This document shows positions 9,976-19,427 of a stretch of 64,000 nucleotides of DNA, one piece after another. This stretch comes from a virus. The notes under the pieces are model-generated. The model was not told the origin of the DNA. It made no database searches and was given only the letters and a program-made list of their open reading frames with translations. The translations under genes and the position numbers were made by a program. The DNA lies in the IMG/VR virus record IMGVR_UViG_3300009550_000009; one strand, given 5' to 3'. Position 1 is the stretch's first letter. Every line of letters starts with the position of its first letter.

Positions 9976-11012
9976 TGTCTGAATTTAGAGTCAACTCAAT
10001 TACAAATCAAGACGGAAGTGCAGGGCCTCAGGTATGTGGTGTCTCGACATTTAGTGGTAAGTCTGGTGTTCAGATACCAAGTGGGCCAACAGATTTCCGT
10101 AGACAAGATGGTGGTGGAAGAGGAAGAGGAGTGTTTGGTGGAGGTTATAATCCTACAATTAATAACGTGTTGAATTTCGTAGAGATTGCAACCACAGGAA
10201 ATGCAACTGATTTTGGTGATTTAAGTTTATCAAGAAAATTTATTGCTTCATCAGGTGATTCAACTCGTGGTTTATTCATGGGTGGTGAAACACCTACAGC
10301 ACAATCTGTCATTGATTATGTCACTATATCATCAGGTGGTGGTGCGAATGATTTTGGAGATTTAACAGAAGCAAGAGATTTTGGTGCAGCATGTAATTCA
10401 AATGTTCGTGGAATTTATGGTGGTGGAGACGGAACAAGTCAACCATACTTAACTAAAATAGATTCTGTTATCATACAATCCACCGGTAAAGCAAATAAGT
10501 TTGGTGACTTATCACTAGCAAGATTAGGTTTAGGTGCTGGTTCAAGTCCAACAAGAGCTGTATTTGGTGGAGGAACAGGAGGATCACCTTTAAATAACTT
10601 GTTGTTAATTGATTTTATAGAAATTGAAACTGGTGGAACTGCTGTAAAATTTGGAGAATTATCTGTAGGTAGACATTACGTTTCTGGCATATCAAATTCA
10701 ACTCGTGCATTATTTGCTGGTGGAGTTACACCTACCACAGTGAATACAATTGATTTTATAACGATTGCAACCACAGGAAATGCAACTGACTTTGGTGATA
10801 TGACAGTTGCAGCAAGAGGTTTAATGGAGGGAAGTGCAACAACTTCAACTCGTGGTTTATTAATATCTGGTAAACATGATAGTGGATATTATAATGTAAT
10901 TAACTTTGTCACTTTTTCAACAGCAGGAGATGCAACTGATTTTGGAGATACAACAGGACTTGTTAGTTATGGTGGAGCAATATCTGATACGAATGGAGGA
11001 TTAGCACAATGA
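9975..11012 (+). CDS. DFGD-repeat propeller protein, class A
   Basis: MSEFRVNSIT...GP...PSGPT..GRGRG, then repeats. Confidence 0.85.
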   Translation: MSEFRVNSITNQDGSAGPQVCGVSTFSGKSGVQIPSGPTDFRRQDGGGRGRGVFGGGYNPTINNVLNFVEIATTGNATDFGDLSLSRKFIASSGDSTRGLFMGGETPTAQSVIDYVTISSGGGANDFGDLTEARDFGAACNSNVRGIYGGGDGTSQPYLTKIDSVIIQSTGKANKFGDLSLARLGLGAGSSPTRAVFGGGTGGSPLNNLLLIDFIEIETGGTAVKFGELSVGRHYVSGISNSTRALFAGGVTPTTVNTIDFITIATTGNATDFGDMTVAARGLMEGSATTSTRGLLISGKHDSGYYNVINFVTFSTAGDATDFGDTTGLVSYGGAISDTNGGLAQ

Positions 11013-12022
11013 CGGAACAAAGACCATTACAACCAACTCCCGTAGGAGCATTACGATTTAATTCTGATAGTGCAAATTTAGAATATTTTGATGGGAATGA
11101 ATATGTAAATATCACAACCGACTCACCTGAACAAAATACTGGTGGAACTCGTGGATTATTCGCTGGTGGTTACAAAGTTCCGGGCACTAGCAATGAAATA
11201 GATTTTATAAACGTTGATACGACAGGAAACGCAACAGACTTTGGAAATCTATCTGCCGAAAGAAGAGGTGTTGCTGGCCTTGCATCTAGAACTCGTGGAT
11301 TATTTGCTGGTGGCCGATCTCCTGATGTTAATACAATTGAATTCGTTACAATCGCATCAACAGGTGACGTAACTAATTTTGGTGATTTAACAATAACATC
11401 ACATCACGGAACAGGCCTGTCAGATTCAACTCGTGGAATCATAACTGCAATGGAAAATCCAGGCTGGCCTAGCAGTAACAGTAATCAAATAGATTATGTT
11501 ACAATTGCATCAACAGGAAATGCAAATGATTTTGGTGATTTATATTTTGGCACAAGAGAATGTGGTGGATGTGCATCACCCACTCGTGGTGTTGTTTTTT
11601 CAGGAACACCTAGTGGATCAAATGTCATTCAATATTTTACAATCTCAACACAGGGTAATTCGGCAGACTTTGGTGATTTAACCACTGTTGGTCAAAGAGG
11701 TAAAGGTGGTAGTAATGCAGTAAGAGGATTATTCAATATAGGTTTAACACCAAGCGTTAGTAATATAGTTGATTTTATAACTATTGCAACGTTGGGTAAT
11801 GCAAAAGATTTTGGTGATTTAACAGAAGCAAGAGGTAATGCATGTGCAACGGCATCTTCCACTCGTTTTGTTGTTGCAGGTGGTGGAGCTCCATCGGTAG
11901 TTGATACAATTGATTATGCTCAGATAATGACAACAGGTAATTTTATTAATTTTGGAGAACTTGTTGGAGCTGATAGAAGTCAACTAGGTGCTTGTTCTAA
12001 CGGTCATGGAGGTTTAGGATAA
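11009..12022 (+). CDS. DFGD-repeat propeller protein, class B
   Basis: GALRFNSDSANLEYFDG, then repeats; ATGA overlap. Confidence 0.85.
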   Translation: MTEQRPLQPTPVGALRFNSDSANLEYFDGNEYVNITTDSPEQNTGGTRGLFAGGYKVPGTSNEIDFINVDTTGNATDFGNLSAERRGVAGLASRTRGLFAGGRSPDVNTIEFVTIASTGDVTNFGDLTITSHHGTGLSDSTRGIITAMENPGWPSSNSNQIDYVTIASTGNANDFGDLYFGTRECGGCASPTRGVVFSGTPSGSNVIQYFTISTQGNSADFGDLTTVGQRGKGGSNAVRGLFNIGLTPSVSNIVDFITIATLGNAKDFGDLTEARGNACATASSTRFVVAGGGAPSVVDTIDYAQIMTTGNFINFGELVGADRSQLGACSNGHGGLG

Positions 12023-13041
12023 TGTCAGAACTTAGAATTAACAACATTACAGACACCGCAGGGTCAAGTGGGCCAATTATTGCTGGTGTGTCAACAGTTA
12101 CATCAACATCACACATGGTCATGCCAAGTGGCCCAACAGAAATGCGTGGTGGAAGAGGAAGAGGGGTATTTTCAGGTGGATCAAATCCAGTAAGTAAAAC
12201 AATGGATTTGATTGAAATTGCCACCACTGGAAATGGAACATTTTTTGGTGACATTATCGCTACTAGATGGGGTTTAGGTGGTCTTGCATCATCAACTCGT
12301 GGTGTATTTGCAGGTGGATATTATAATTCACCAGCTTCCTTCTTTACAAATATTGAATACATAACGATGTCCTCAAGCGGGGGGACAAATGACTTTGGAG
12401 ATCTCTCTCAAGGAAACTATAGGCCAGGTTGTTGCAATTCTCCAACTCGTGGTCTTGTGGGTGGTGGATTTGTTCCACCTAGTTTTGCTCAAATAAACAA
12501 CATTGAATTTATAACGATTGCGTCAACAGGCGACTCCTCTGATTTTGGTGATTTATCAACAATTTTAGCAAATAATGGATCTTGTTCATCACCTACTCGT
12601 GGAATATTTGCTGGTGGTTATAATCCATCACTTACTGCACAAATAGATTTTGTCACGATTGATACAAAAGGAAATGGACAAGATTTTGGTAATTTAACAC
12701 AAGCAAGAAAAGAAGCTTATGGGTGTTCAAATACAACTCGTGGATTGTTTAATGGTGGTGGTTATCCGGGAGGAACATCAACTACAATTGATTTTATTAC
12801 GATCGCTTCTTTTGGTGACGCAATAGATTTTGGTGATTTATCAGCAGCTAAATCATCTGTTGGAGCTGTTGCATCATCAACTCGTGCGGTTATTGGTGGG
12901 GGTGCAGCACCCGGTGCGATTAATGTCATGGAGTTTGTTACCATAGCGACAACAGGAAATGTAACAGACTTTGGTGATCTTTTGACTGCAAGAAGAGATA
13001 TTGGCGGTGCTTCAGATAGTAATGGTGGACTTGGAGACTAA
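12022..13041 (+). CDS. DFGD-repeat propeller protein, class A
   Basis: MSELRINNIT...PSGPT..GRGRG, then repeats. Confidence 0.85.
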   Translation: MSELRINNITDTAGSSGPIIAGVSTVTSTSHMVMPSGPTEMRGGRGRGVFSGGSNPVSKTMDLIEIATTGNGTFFGDIIATRWGLGGLASSTRGVFAGGYYNSPASFFTNIEYITMSSSGGTNDFGDLSQGNYRPGCCNSPTRGLVGGGFVPPSFAQINNIEFITIASTGDSSDFGDLSTILANNGSCSSPTRGIFAGGYNPSLTAQIDFVTIDTKGNGQDFGNLTQARKEAYGCSNTTRGLFNGGGYPGGTSTTIDFITIASFGDAIDFGDLSAAKSSVGAVASSTRAVIGGGAAPGAINVMEFVTIATTGNVTDFGDLLTARRDIGGASDSNGGLGD

Positions 13042-13049
13042 ATATTAAT

Positions 13050-14135
13050 ATGTCAGACTTTAAAATAAACAGTATTGCAACGAAACAAGGTCAGCACGGG
13101 CCGGTAATTGCTGGTGTCTCGACAATCAACTCCACTGGTTGTATGAAGATACCAAGTGGGCCAACTTATTATCGTGGTAATCGGGGTAGAGGTATATTTG
13201 CAAGTGGGCATGAACCTAACTCAGTTAAAAATATAGATTTTATCAATATCGCATCAACAGGAAATGCAACGGCATGGGGTGAAGTTCTTGGTAATGGTAT
13301 GGCACTTGCAGGTGGTGCATCCAATAATGTTCGTGGTGTCTATACGGGTGGTTTCGAGGGATCTCCAACCAATAATAGAATAAACACAATACAAGCACTT
13401 AATATTCCCACAAATGGAGACATATTTGACTTTGGTGATCTGACATATACCTCTCAACAAATGAGTGGTGTTGGTAATCAGACTCGTGGTGTCTATGCAA
13501 ACGGATATGCATATCCACTTGCACCATCAACAGATGCATTAAATATGACATATACCATGATTGAGTTTATGTCAAGTGCAAATAAAACAGATTTTGGTGA
13601 TATTATTGCTAACGCAGCATGTAGAGACTTAGCAACAGTTGAAACTGAGATTCGAGGATATTTTGCCGGTGGAGAGGGAACTGGTCAAGTTCCGGGAACT
13701 CATAACAAAAACATAACAATCAAAGGATTTGCAAATGGAAGCGAATCACTTAATTTTGGTGAATTATCCGTGCAAGCAAAACGAGGGGCTGGAGTTGGAA
13801 GTCATACCAGAGGAGTTTTTATTTGCGGTGGTATTGCAGACTCACCTGAAGCATTTTCAAATACAATTGAATTTATTACTCTTACAACATCAGGTGAGGC
13901 AACTGATTTTGGTGATGCGACAAGTAATACTGGTGCGATTAATAACAATAGTGCAAGTAATACAATTCGAGGTGTTTATCATAATCCAAGAACAACAGAT
14001 GGTGGAGCAGAAAAAAATATTCTTGAATTTATCACAATAGCGACCACAGGAAATGCGACTGATTTTGGTGATTTAAACTATTCATCTCGTGATGGATGTG
14101 GATTATCTGACTCTCATGGAGGATTACCATTATGA
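13050..14135 (+). CDS. DFGD-repeat propeller protein, class A (divergent)
   Basis: MSDFKINSI...PSGPT..RGRG, then more divergent repeats. Confidence 0.85.
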   Translation: MSDFKINSIATKQGQHGPVIAGVSTINSTGCMKIPSGPTYYRGNRGRGIFASGHEPNSVKNIDFINIASTGNATAWGEVLGNGMALAGGASNNVRGVYTGGFEGSPTNNRINTIQALNIPTNGDIFDFGDLTYTSQQMSGVGNQTRGVYANGYAYPLAPSTDALNMTYTMIEFMSSANKTDFGDIIANAACRDLATVETEIRGYFAGGEGTGQVPGTHNKNITIKGFANGSESLNFGELSVQAKRGAGVGSHTRGVFICGGIADSPEAFSNTIEFITLTTSGEATDFGDATSNTGAINNNSASNTIRGVYHNPRTTDGGAEKNILEFITIATTGNATDFGDLNYSSRDGCGLSDSHGGLPL

Positions 14136-15187
14136 AGGAATATCAAGTTATTGGAAACGCAGCCTCTGGTTCAATCAGATTTAACACAGATTCGAGTAAG
14201 TTAGAGATATACAATGGCGAGCAGTGGTGGGAGATAGATGCAACATCACCAGAGTTACAAACTGGTGGAACTCGTGGAATATTCATGGGTGGTTATCAGC
14301 CTGGTGGTGGTGATAAAGATGATATAGAATTTATAAATGTAGATACAACAGGAAATGCAACTGATTTTGGTAATTTAACAACTGAAAGAAGAGGAACTGG
14401 TGGAGCAGTTGGAAGTCGAACTCGTGCTGTAATGATAGGTGGAAGAGATTCACCCACCAATGAATGTGTAATTGATTTCGTGACGATTGCATCAACAGGA
14501 AATGCAACAGATTTTGGTGACGTAACAAATGGAGTGGCAAATAGTGGTCAGGGTGGAAATGCAGTAAGAGGAGTTGCTTACTCTGGATCTCGTAATAATC
14601 CTAGCCCAGCAATTACAAATACAATCGATTTTATAACAATCGCACAACAAGGTAATGCAGTTGATTTTGGTGATGCTGTAACTGGGGCTATAACTCAAAC
14701 TGGAGGTCTTAATTCACCAACTCGTGGATTATTTGCTGGTGGATATACTCCAAGTGAAACAAATGCTATATCATATATTAATTTTATGACTACAGGGAAT
14801 GCATCAGATTTTGGAGATTTGACTCGTTCTAAAGCAAGAAGGCCTGGTGGTGGTAGTAATGCAGTTCGTGGAATAATTGCTGGTGGTAATCATTATGATA
14901 GTGGTGAAGAAGGTCAGGATACTATTGAATTTATTACACTGGCAACATTGGGAAATGCATCAGACTTTGGTGATTTATTAAATACTGATACAGAAAGTAT
15001 GGCAGGTTGTTCTTCACCTACAAGAGCAGTATTTTTCTCTTCTCCAATATCACCCGGCACTCAGACAAATACATTATCTTATGTTCAAATTATGACAACT
15101 GGAAATGCGATTGATTTTGGTGATTCCACTACGAATAATAGATGGGGTAAGGGTGGAACATCAAATGGTCATGGAGGTCTTGGATAG
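14132..15187 (+). CDS. DFGD-repeat propeller protein, class B
   Basis: GSIRFNTDSSKLEIYNGEQW, then repeats. Confidence 0.85.
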   Translation: MKEYQVIGNAASGSIRFNTDSSKLEIYNGEQWWEIDATSPELQTGGTRGIFMGGYQPGGGDKDDIEFINVDTTGNATDFGNLTTERRGTGGAVGSRTRAVMIGGRDSPTNECVIDFVTIASTGNATDFGDVTNGVANSGQGGNAVRGVAYSGSRNNPSPAITNTIDFITIAQQGNAVDFGDAVTGAITQTGGLNSPTRGLFAGGYTPSETNAISYINFMTTGNASDFGDLTRSKARRPGGGSNAVRGIIAGGNHYDSGEEGQDTIEFITLATLGNASDFGDLLNTDTESMAGCSSPTRAVFFSSPISPGTQTNTLSYVQIMTTGNAIDFGDSTTNNRWGKGGTSNGHGGLG

Positions 15188-15216
15188 TTGCAATATTTGA
15201 AAGGATGATATATAAT
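15188..15216 (+). promoter_or_regulatory. sigma70-type promoter
   Basis: TTGCAA-N17-TATAAT. Confidence 0.65.
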
Positions 15217-15237
15217 GATATTAGATAATTTTAAAAA

Positions 15238-16053
15238 ATGGTCAACGCTATAGACTTTAGTGATCTGACAGGATTAAAGCAAGAGAAACCAAAACCACAA
15301 GGATTTCAAACTTCTCCACCCCAACAACCACAACAACAGTTAGGTGTAAAAAATCCTAAAACTGGTGAAGTGCAAGCAGCCATGGGTTATCCTGTGAATC
15401 AGATGGGTCAAGGTGATGAGTTATTACAGTTGTTCCCGATGCCTGTAATGATATGTCCCTACCCTGTGGATTATACAAAAGAATTAGAATGGATAAAAAA
15501 TAAAGAGTGTAGAAAAGAAAATGGTGGAGATTCAAATGGGCAAGGTCAAAAAATTCATTACAATCGTCAATCAGAAGATACTTTTGTGCTTGACAACCCA
15601 GAATTAGCAAATATTCGTGCATTCATTGAAGCGAAGTTGCATAAGTTTGTAACAGAGATCATGTCATCAGCTGATAAATTGGTTATTACACAGTCATGGT
15701 TGAATAAGAGTAAGAAAGGAGAGTCACACCATGAGCATGTGCATCCGAATAGTATGGTGAGTGGTGTTTGGTATCCTCAAATTCATGAACAATTACCACC
15801 AATACAATTCCGTAGTCGCAATCAAAGAGATATATCATTATCAACAGAGAAATATAATACATTTAATAGTGCAACATTTATGTTACCTATGAAACGTGGA
15901 GAGTTAATATTATTCCCAAGTAACCTAACTCATAGTGTTCCTGTTAATAATAGTGAAGAGGAACGTATCAGTTTATCATTCAACTCATGGCCTAAAGGTA
16001 ATATGGGTGATGAAAGATCATTGACATATCTACCTCTTGATCGCTGTATCTAA
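15238..16053 (+). CDS. 2OG-Fe(II) oxygenase-like protein
   Basis: HEHVHPNS.VSGVWY...LFPS.L.HSV...RISLSFN. Confidence 0.8.
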   Translation: MVNAIDFSDLTGLKQEKPKPQGFQTSPPQQPQQQLGVKNPKTGEVQAAMGYPVNQMGQGDELLQLFPMPVMICPYPVDYTKELEWIKNKECRKENGGDSNGQGQKIHYNRQSEDTFVLDNPELANIRAFIEAKLHKFVTEIMSSADKLVITQSWLNKSKKGESHHEHVHPNSMVSGVWYPQIHEQLPPIQFRSRNQRDISLSTEKYNTFNSATFMLPMKRGELILFPSNLTHSVPVNNSEEERISLSFNSWPKGNMGDERSLTYLPLDRCI

Positions 16054-16982
16054 TGAGTTCGGAGTTATCAAGACCATTACCTGACTTCAAGGGTTTTGGG
16101 TATAGGATCGCACAAATAGAAAACAATACGCATTGTAACTATAAGTGTTGGTTTTGCCCTAATGCCTATGACACCCCTGCACCTAAAGCGTGTATGGAAC
16201 TTTCTACGTTTTATAAAATATTAACAGAGATTAGATCTGTATATACGCCACTTGAATTAAATGATGTATCCTTTGCAACCTACAATGAACCTAACCTTGA
16301 TGAGGGTTTCAAGGAGAAGTTGATGTTGATGACCTCAATGGGTTTTCAGTATGAACATATTTCTAATGGTAGTATGATTACAACTGAACTTACTGATTTT
16401 CTTATTAAGTATCCGCAGAATATTAAACAGTTTCGTTTGAATATTCCAACACTTGATGAAAAAAAATGGAAAGATATTACTGGTTCTTCGGTAAATGTAT
16501 TGTATAGAATGTTCTATCAACTATCATATCTTTTTGAAAGGGCATCCCAACTTAATTTTGGTATAACTGTTATTGTAAATGGTGATGGTAGTGAATCTCA
16601 TAAACAAGAGTTTCAAAAGGTCTATCAAAAATTTCAACACACTAAAAATATTAACTTTAGTATGACAGGATTAATTGATCGTGCAGGGACTCTTGAAGGT
16701 GCGGAGTGTGAAACACAGAAACTACCATCAGGTGAAATTGATTGGGGAGATCAACCTCTTCAATGTAATGCAGGTTACTTTGATAATCTTTATTTTGGAA
16801 TCAAGGGAAATGTGTTTTACTGCTGTCACGACTACCATCAAAAATATAGTTGTGGTAATATACACGAAACACCTTTAAAAGAGTTATTAAACTCAGAAAA
16901 TTATCACACACAAAAACAAAAATTTATGAATGATTTTTGTCGTAAATGTGAACAAGCTAGACCTCTACAAACTGTGAACTGA
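16053..16982 (+). CDS. radical SAM protein with C-terminal SPASM/twitch-like Cys cluster
   Basis: CNYKCWFC (CxxxCxxC); C-terminal C..YCCHD..CGNI..CRKC. Confidence 0.85.
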   Translation: MSSELSRPLPDFKGFGYRIAQIENNTHCNYKCWFCPNAYDTPAPKACMELSTFYKILTEIRSVYTPLELNDVSFATYNEPNLDEGFKEKLMLMTSMGFQYEHISNGSMITTELTDFLIKYPQNIKQFRLNIPTLDEKKWKDITGSSVNVLYRMFYQLSYLFERASQLNFGITVIVNGDGSESHKQEFQKVYQKFQHTKNINFSMTGLIDRAGTLEGAECETQKLPSGEIDWGDQPLQCNAGYFDNLYFGIKGNVFYCCHDYHQKYSCGNIHETPLKELLNSENYHTQKQKFMNDFCRKCEQARPLQTVN

Positions 16983-17575
16983 TGACTAATTACAACAATC
17001 CTAAAACTACACTTCAAGATACAATTTTTATCGTTAAAAAAATAATTCCTGATAATCTTTGTGACTTTGTTGTTCAAGAAGTAGAAAAAAGAGAGTGGAA
17101 ACCTCATACTTGGTATAATGCACAATCAGGTTCGTATGGTTCTGAAGAAACAATGGAACTTGATGTTCAAAGCACATCACCAGAATTGCAGCAATTACTT
17201 ACACCAATTATTATTCAAGCTGGTTCAGCATATAATCAAAATTTTGCCTTTTTAAGTTGTGAAAGAACACGACAAATAATGAATAAGTTTACAACCATCA
17301 GGTTCAATCGTTATACACCAGGCCAAATAATGCGTCAACATCACGATCATATTCACTCAATCTTTGATGGTCAAGAAAAAGGTATTCCAGTTTTAAGTTT
17401 TATTTTAAATTTTAATGATGATTATGAGGGAGCAAAATTATTCTTTTGGGATGATTATGAGTTAGATTTGGGAAAAGGTGACATTGTGATGTGGCCTTCG
17501 AACTTTTTATATCCTCATGGAGTGACAGAGGCTACAAAAGGTAAACGGTATTCCGCAGTGACATGGGCATGGTAG
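16982..17575 (+). CDS. 2OG-Fe(II) oxygenase, prolyl 4-hydroxylase-like
   Basis: HHD...NDDYEG...YPHGV....G.RYS. Confidence 0.85.
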   Translation: MTNYNNPKTTLQDTIFIVKKIIPDNLCDFVVQEVEKREWKPHTWYNAQSGSYGSEETMELDVQSTSPELQQLLTPIIIQAGSAYNQNFAFLSCERTRQIMNKFTTIRFNRYTPGQIMRQHHDHIHSIFDGQEKGIPVLSFILNFNDDYEGAKLFFWDDYELDLGKGDIVMWPSNFLYPHGVTEATKGKRYSAVTWAW

Positions 17576-17620
17576 TGTGTTAATATACACTTATTGATAC
17601 CTGTAAAGTGTTTTTATAGT

Positions 17621-17728
17621 ATGAAACTAACTGGATCTGAAAAACTCGTCTTCATAATATCTTTTATGATGATGATGAACTGGGGTGTTCGTTTAGCACA
17701 ATCGTTTTTTAATTATGCTTTATTTTAG
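17621..17728 (+). CDS. 35-aa hydrophobic peptide, possibly leaderless
   Basis: MKLTGSEKLVFIISFMMMMNWGVRLAQSFFNYALF; ATG directly follows the repeat core. Confidence 0.5.
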   Translation: MKLTGSEKLVFIISFMMMMNWGVRLAQSFFNYALF

Positions 17729-18146
17729 TCACTCTGGATATGCTTACTCTAAAAAAAGATGTGAGAGCATTGTCAAATGGTTTGTTGAAAGATACTTACC
17801 AAATTATAAACTTGCAATTCATGTTGACCACAAAGGATTAGCAAGAGAGCATGTTGTAGGTTGGTGTTGGAACACCGATAGTAACTCAAGACCTCGTGAT
17901 TTTGAGATTGAGATAGATAATAGACAATGTGCAAAAAGTTACACAGAAACCCTCTTACATGAACTGTGGCACGTTAGACAACATGTCATGGGTGATTTAA
18001 AGAAAACAAGTAAAAAGAAGTTTTGGAAGGGCATAGACCACACTAACAAGTGGGATGATGATTATAACAGCCCATGGGAGTGGCAAGCAAGAGAAATGGA
18101 AACAGTTCTTTATAATCAGTATCATCGTATTTTCCCCTATAATTAA
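17715..18146 (+). CDS. HExxH zinc metallopeptidase-like protein
   Basis: TLLHELWHVRQ and downstream PWEWQA. Confidence 0.7.
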   Translation: MLYFSHSGYAYSKKRCESIVKWFVERYLPNYKLAIHVDHKGLAREHVVGWCWNTDSNSRPRDFEIEIDNRQCAKSYTETLLHELWHVRQHVMGDLKKTSKKKFWKGIDHTNKWDDDYNSPWEWQAREMETVLYNQYHRIFPYN

Positions 18147-18163
18147 ATTAAGGAGGTCATTTA

Positions 18164-18361
18164 ATGAAAGATCAAGGCAAAATTAAAGTTGATTCACCAT
18201 TTGAAAAATGGGACAGAGCAAAGAGTTTATTACTAGAATCTTTGTATAAACCTGATGTCGCATTGCGTTCTTGTTCACACAATCAACAATGTTTTCACGA
18301 AATGATTTCACTACGAGATCAAACTATTGAGTATGTTAGAAGTCTACCTAATCCACATTAG
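18164..18361 (+). CDS. hypothetical protein
   Basis: AAGGAGG RBS upstream. Confidence 0.75.
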   Translation: MKDQGKIKVDSPFEKWDRAKSLLLESLYKPDVALRSCSHNQQCFHEMISLRDQTIEYVRSLPNPH

Positions 18362-18496
18362 GTATTAACTCGTAGGCATAAATTTTTATTACGGATTAAT
18401 TGAAATTTGTTCATTTCCTCACTAAATAGTGATAGAATTAGGGAAGACAAGATGCACTAAAACTTCTTTGCTATTACTATTCTTGGAGAGAAAACC

Positions 18497-18670
18497 ATGC
18501 ACAATCTCGTATCTTACAATCAACTGGCTGGATGGAATAATATAGATAAGTCCCTTGACAGTTCAGTAGAACAAACGGAGATGGTTAACGACTATTTTAA
18601 TTGCCTTGTTGAATGTGATCTCAATGATGCTAATTCAAAACGATACTGTCGAAGTATTTTAACAAAATAA
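18497..18670 (+). CDS. 57-aa Cys-containing protein
   Basis: MHNLVSYNQLAGW...DYFNCLVECD...YCRSILTK; GGAG RBS; terminator downstream; below ORF-track cutoff. Confidence 0.75.
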   Translation: MHNLVSYNQLAGWNNIDKSLDSSVEQTEMVNDYFNCLVECDLNDANSKRYCRSILTK

Positions 18671-18676
18671 ACACAG

Positions 18677-18698
18677 ATCCCCGCAAGGGGATTTTTTA
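18677..18698 (+). terminator. intrinsic terminator
   Basis: ATCCCC-GCAA-GGGGAT followed by a T run. Confidence 0.85.
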
Positions 18699-18738
18699 AT
18701 GTTAGGAAACATAAATAAATGTAAATACAACTTAATAT

Positions 18739-18888
18739 ATGAATGATAAAAAGGCCGCTAAGACAATTATAAAAAGAGCAAGAGAAAATCCCAATTTGTA
18801 TTCAAAAGACGAGGTTAGTTATGCAAAAATGATTAAGAAACGAATTAAACAAAGAAAACTTCTTGACAAAAAAGAAGAAGTAGTCTAA
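18739..18888 (+). CDS. 49-aa basic protein
   Basis: MNDKKAAKTIIKRAREN...; ATAAATA at 18711. Confidence 0.65.
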   Translation: MNDKKAAKTIIKRARENPNLYSKDEVSYAKMIKKRIKQRKLLDKKEEVV

Positions 18889-18891
18889 AAT
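18863..18891 (+). promoter_or_regulatory. sigma70-type promoter
   Basis: TTGACA-N17-TAAAAT. Confidence 0.7.
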
Positions 18892-18914
18892 ATTATCATT
18901 ACAACACATTTTAG

Positions 18915-19217
18915 ATGTCTGATTATAAGGATTACGTTTTTAATCAATTAAATGAAATAATTGATCAAATAATTGAGGAAAAAGAAATTAAATCAAAAGA
19001 AACTTATGATGTCTTTTGTGATTCTTTGCAAAAAAATATTAATTATCATCGAGAGTGTATTGACAAGTGCAAGCAATTACTTTTATTAATGAACGCAGGA
19101 GAACCAAGAGTTACTTCTTATACTGGTGATGACCAATCCCCCGAAGCTAGACATGCGTGGGATGATTTTTGGAATAGTTTTACCCCCCCAAATTCAAAGG
19201 AGAAAGAAGATGATTAA
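18915..19217 (+). CDS. hypothetical protein
   Basis: 100-aa ORF after the promoter. Confidence 0.7.
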   Translation: MSDYKDYVFNQLNEIIDQIIEEKEIKSKETYDVFCDSLQKNINYHRECIDKCKQLLLLMNAGEPRVTSYTGDDQSPEARHAWDDFWNSFTPPNSKEKEDD

Positions 19218-19425
19218 TCTTGACGCTAGGTATCACGATTATTTACATAGTAAAAAAAAGATTTGTGTTGATGGAGTGGAGGAAAGTGTCAAGGCTTACG
19301 GATATAACTGTGACGGAAGTGATATTATAGGTTATTATATAACTACTAACTGCCATAAATTATATTATGATTTGCAAGAAAATTTTCTTCGCAAAGAGTT
19401 AGTATCTGATACCTCTAAAGTGTAA
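19210..19425 (+). CDS. hypothetical protein (start revised to MINLD)
   Basis: GGAG upstream of ATG 19210; C-terminus SDTSKV is encoded by a repeat copy. Confidence 0.7.
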   Translation: MINLDARYHDYLHSKKKICVDGVEESVKAYGYNCDGSDIIGYYITTNCHKLYYDLQENFLRKELVSDTSKV

Positions 19426-19427
19426 CT

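Noticed and set aside
2-15187. Diversity-generating retroelement acting on the propeller genes
   Set aside because: No reverse transcriptase and no near-identical TR/VR pair differing only at adenines was seen
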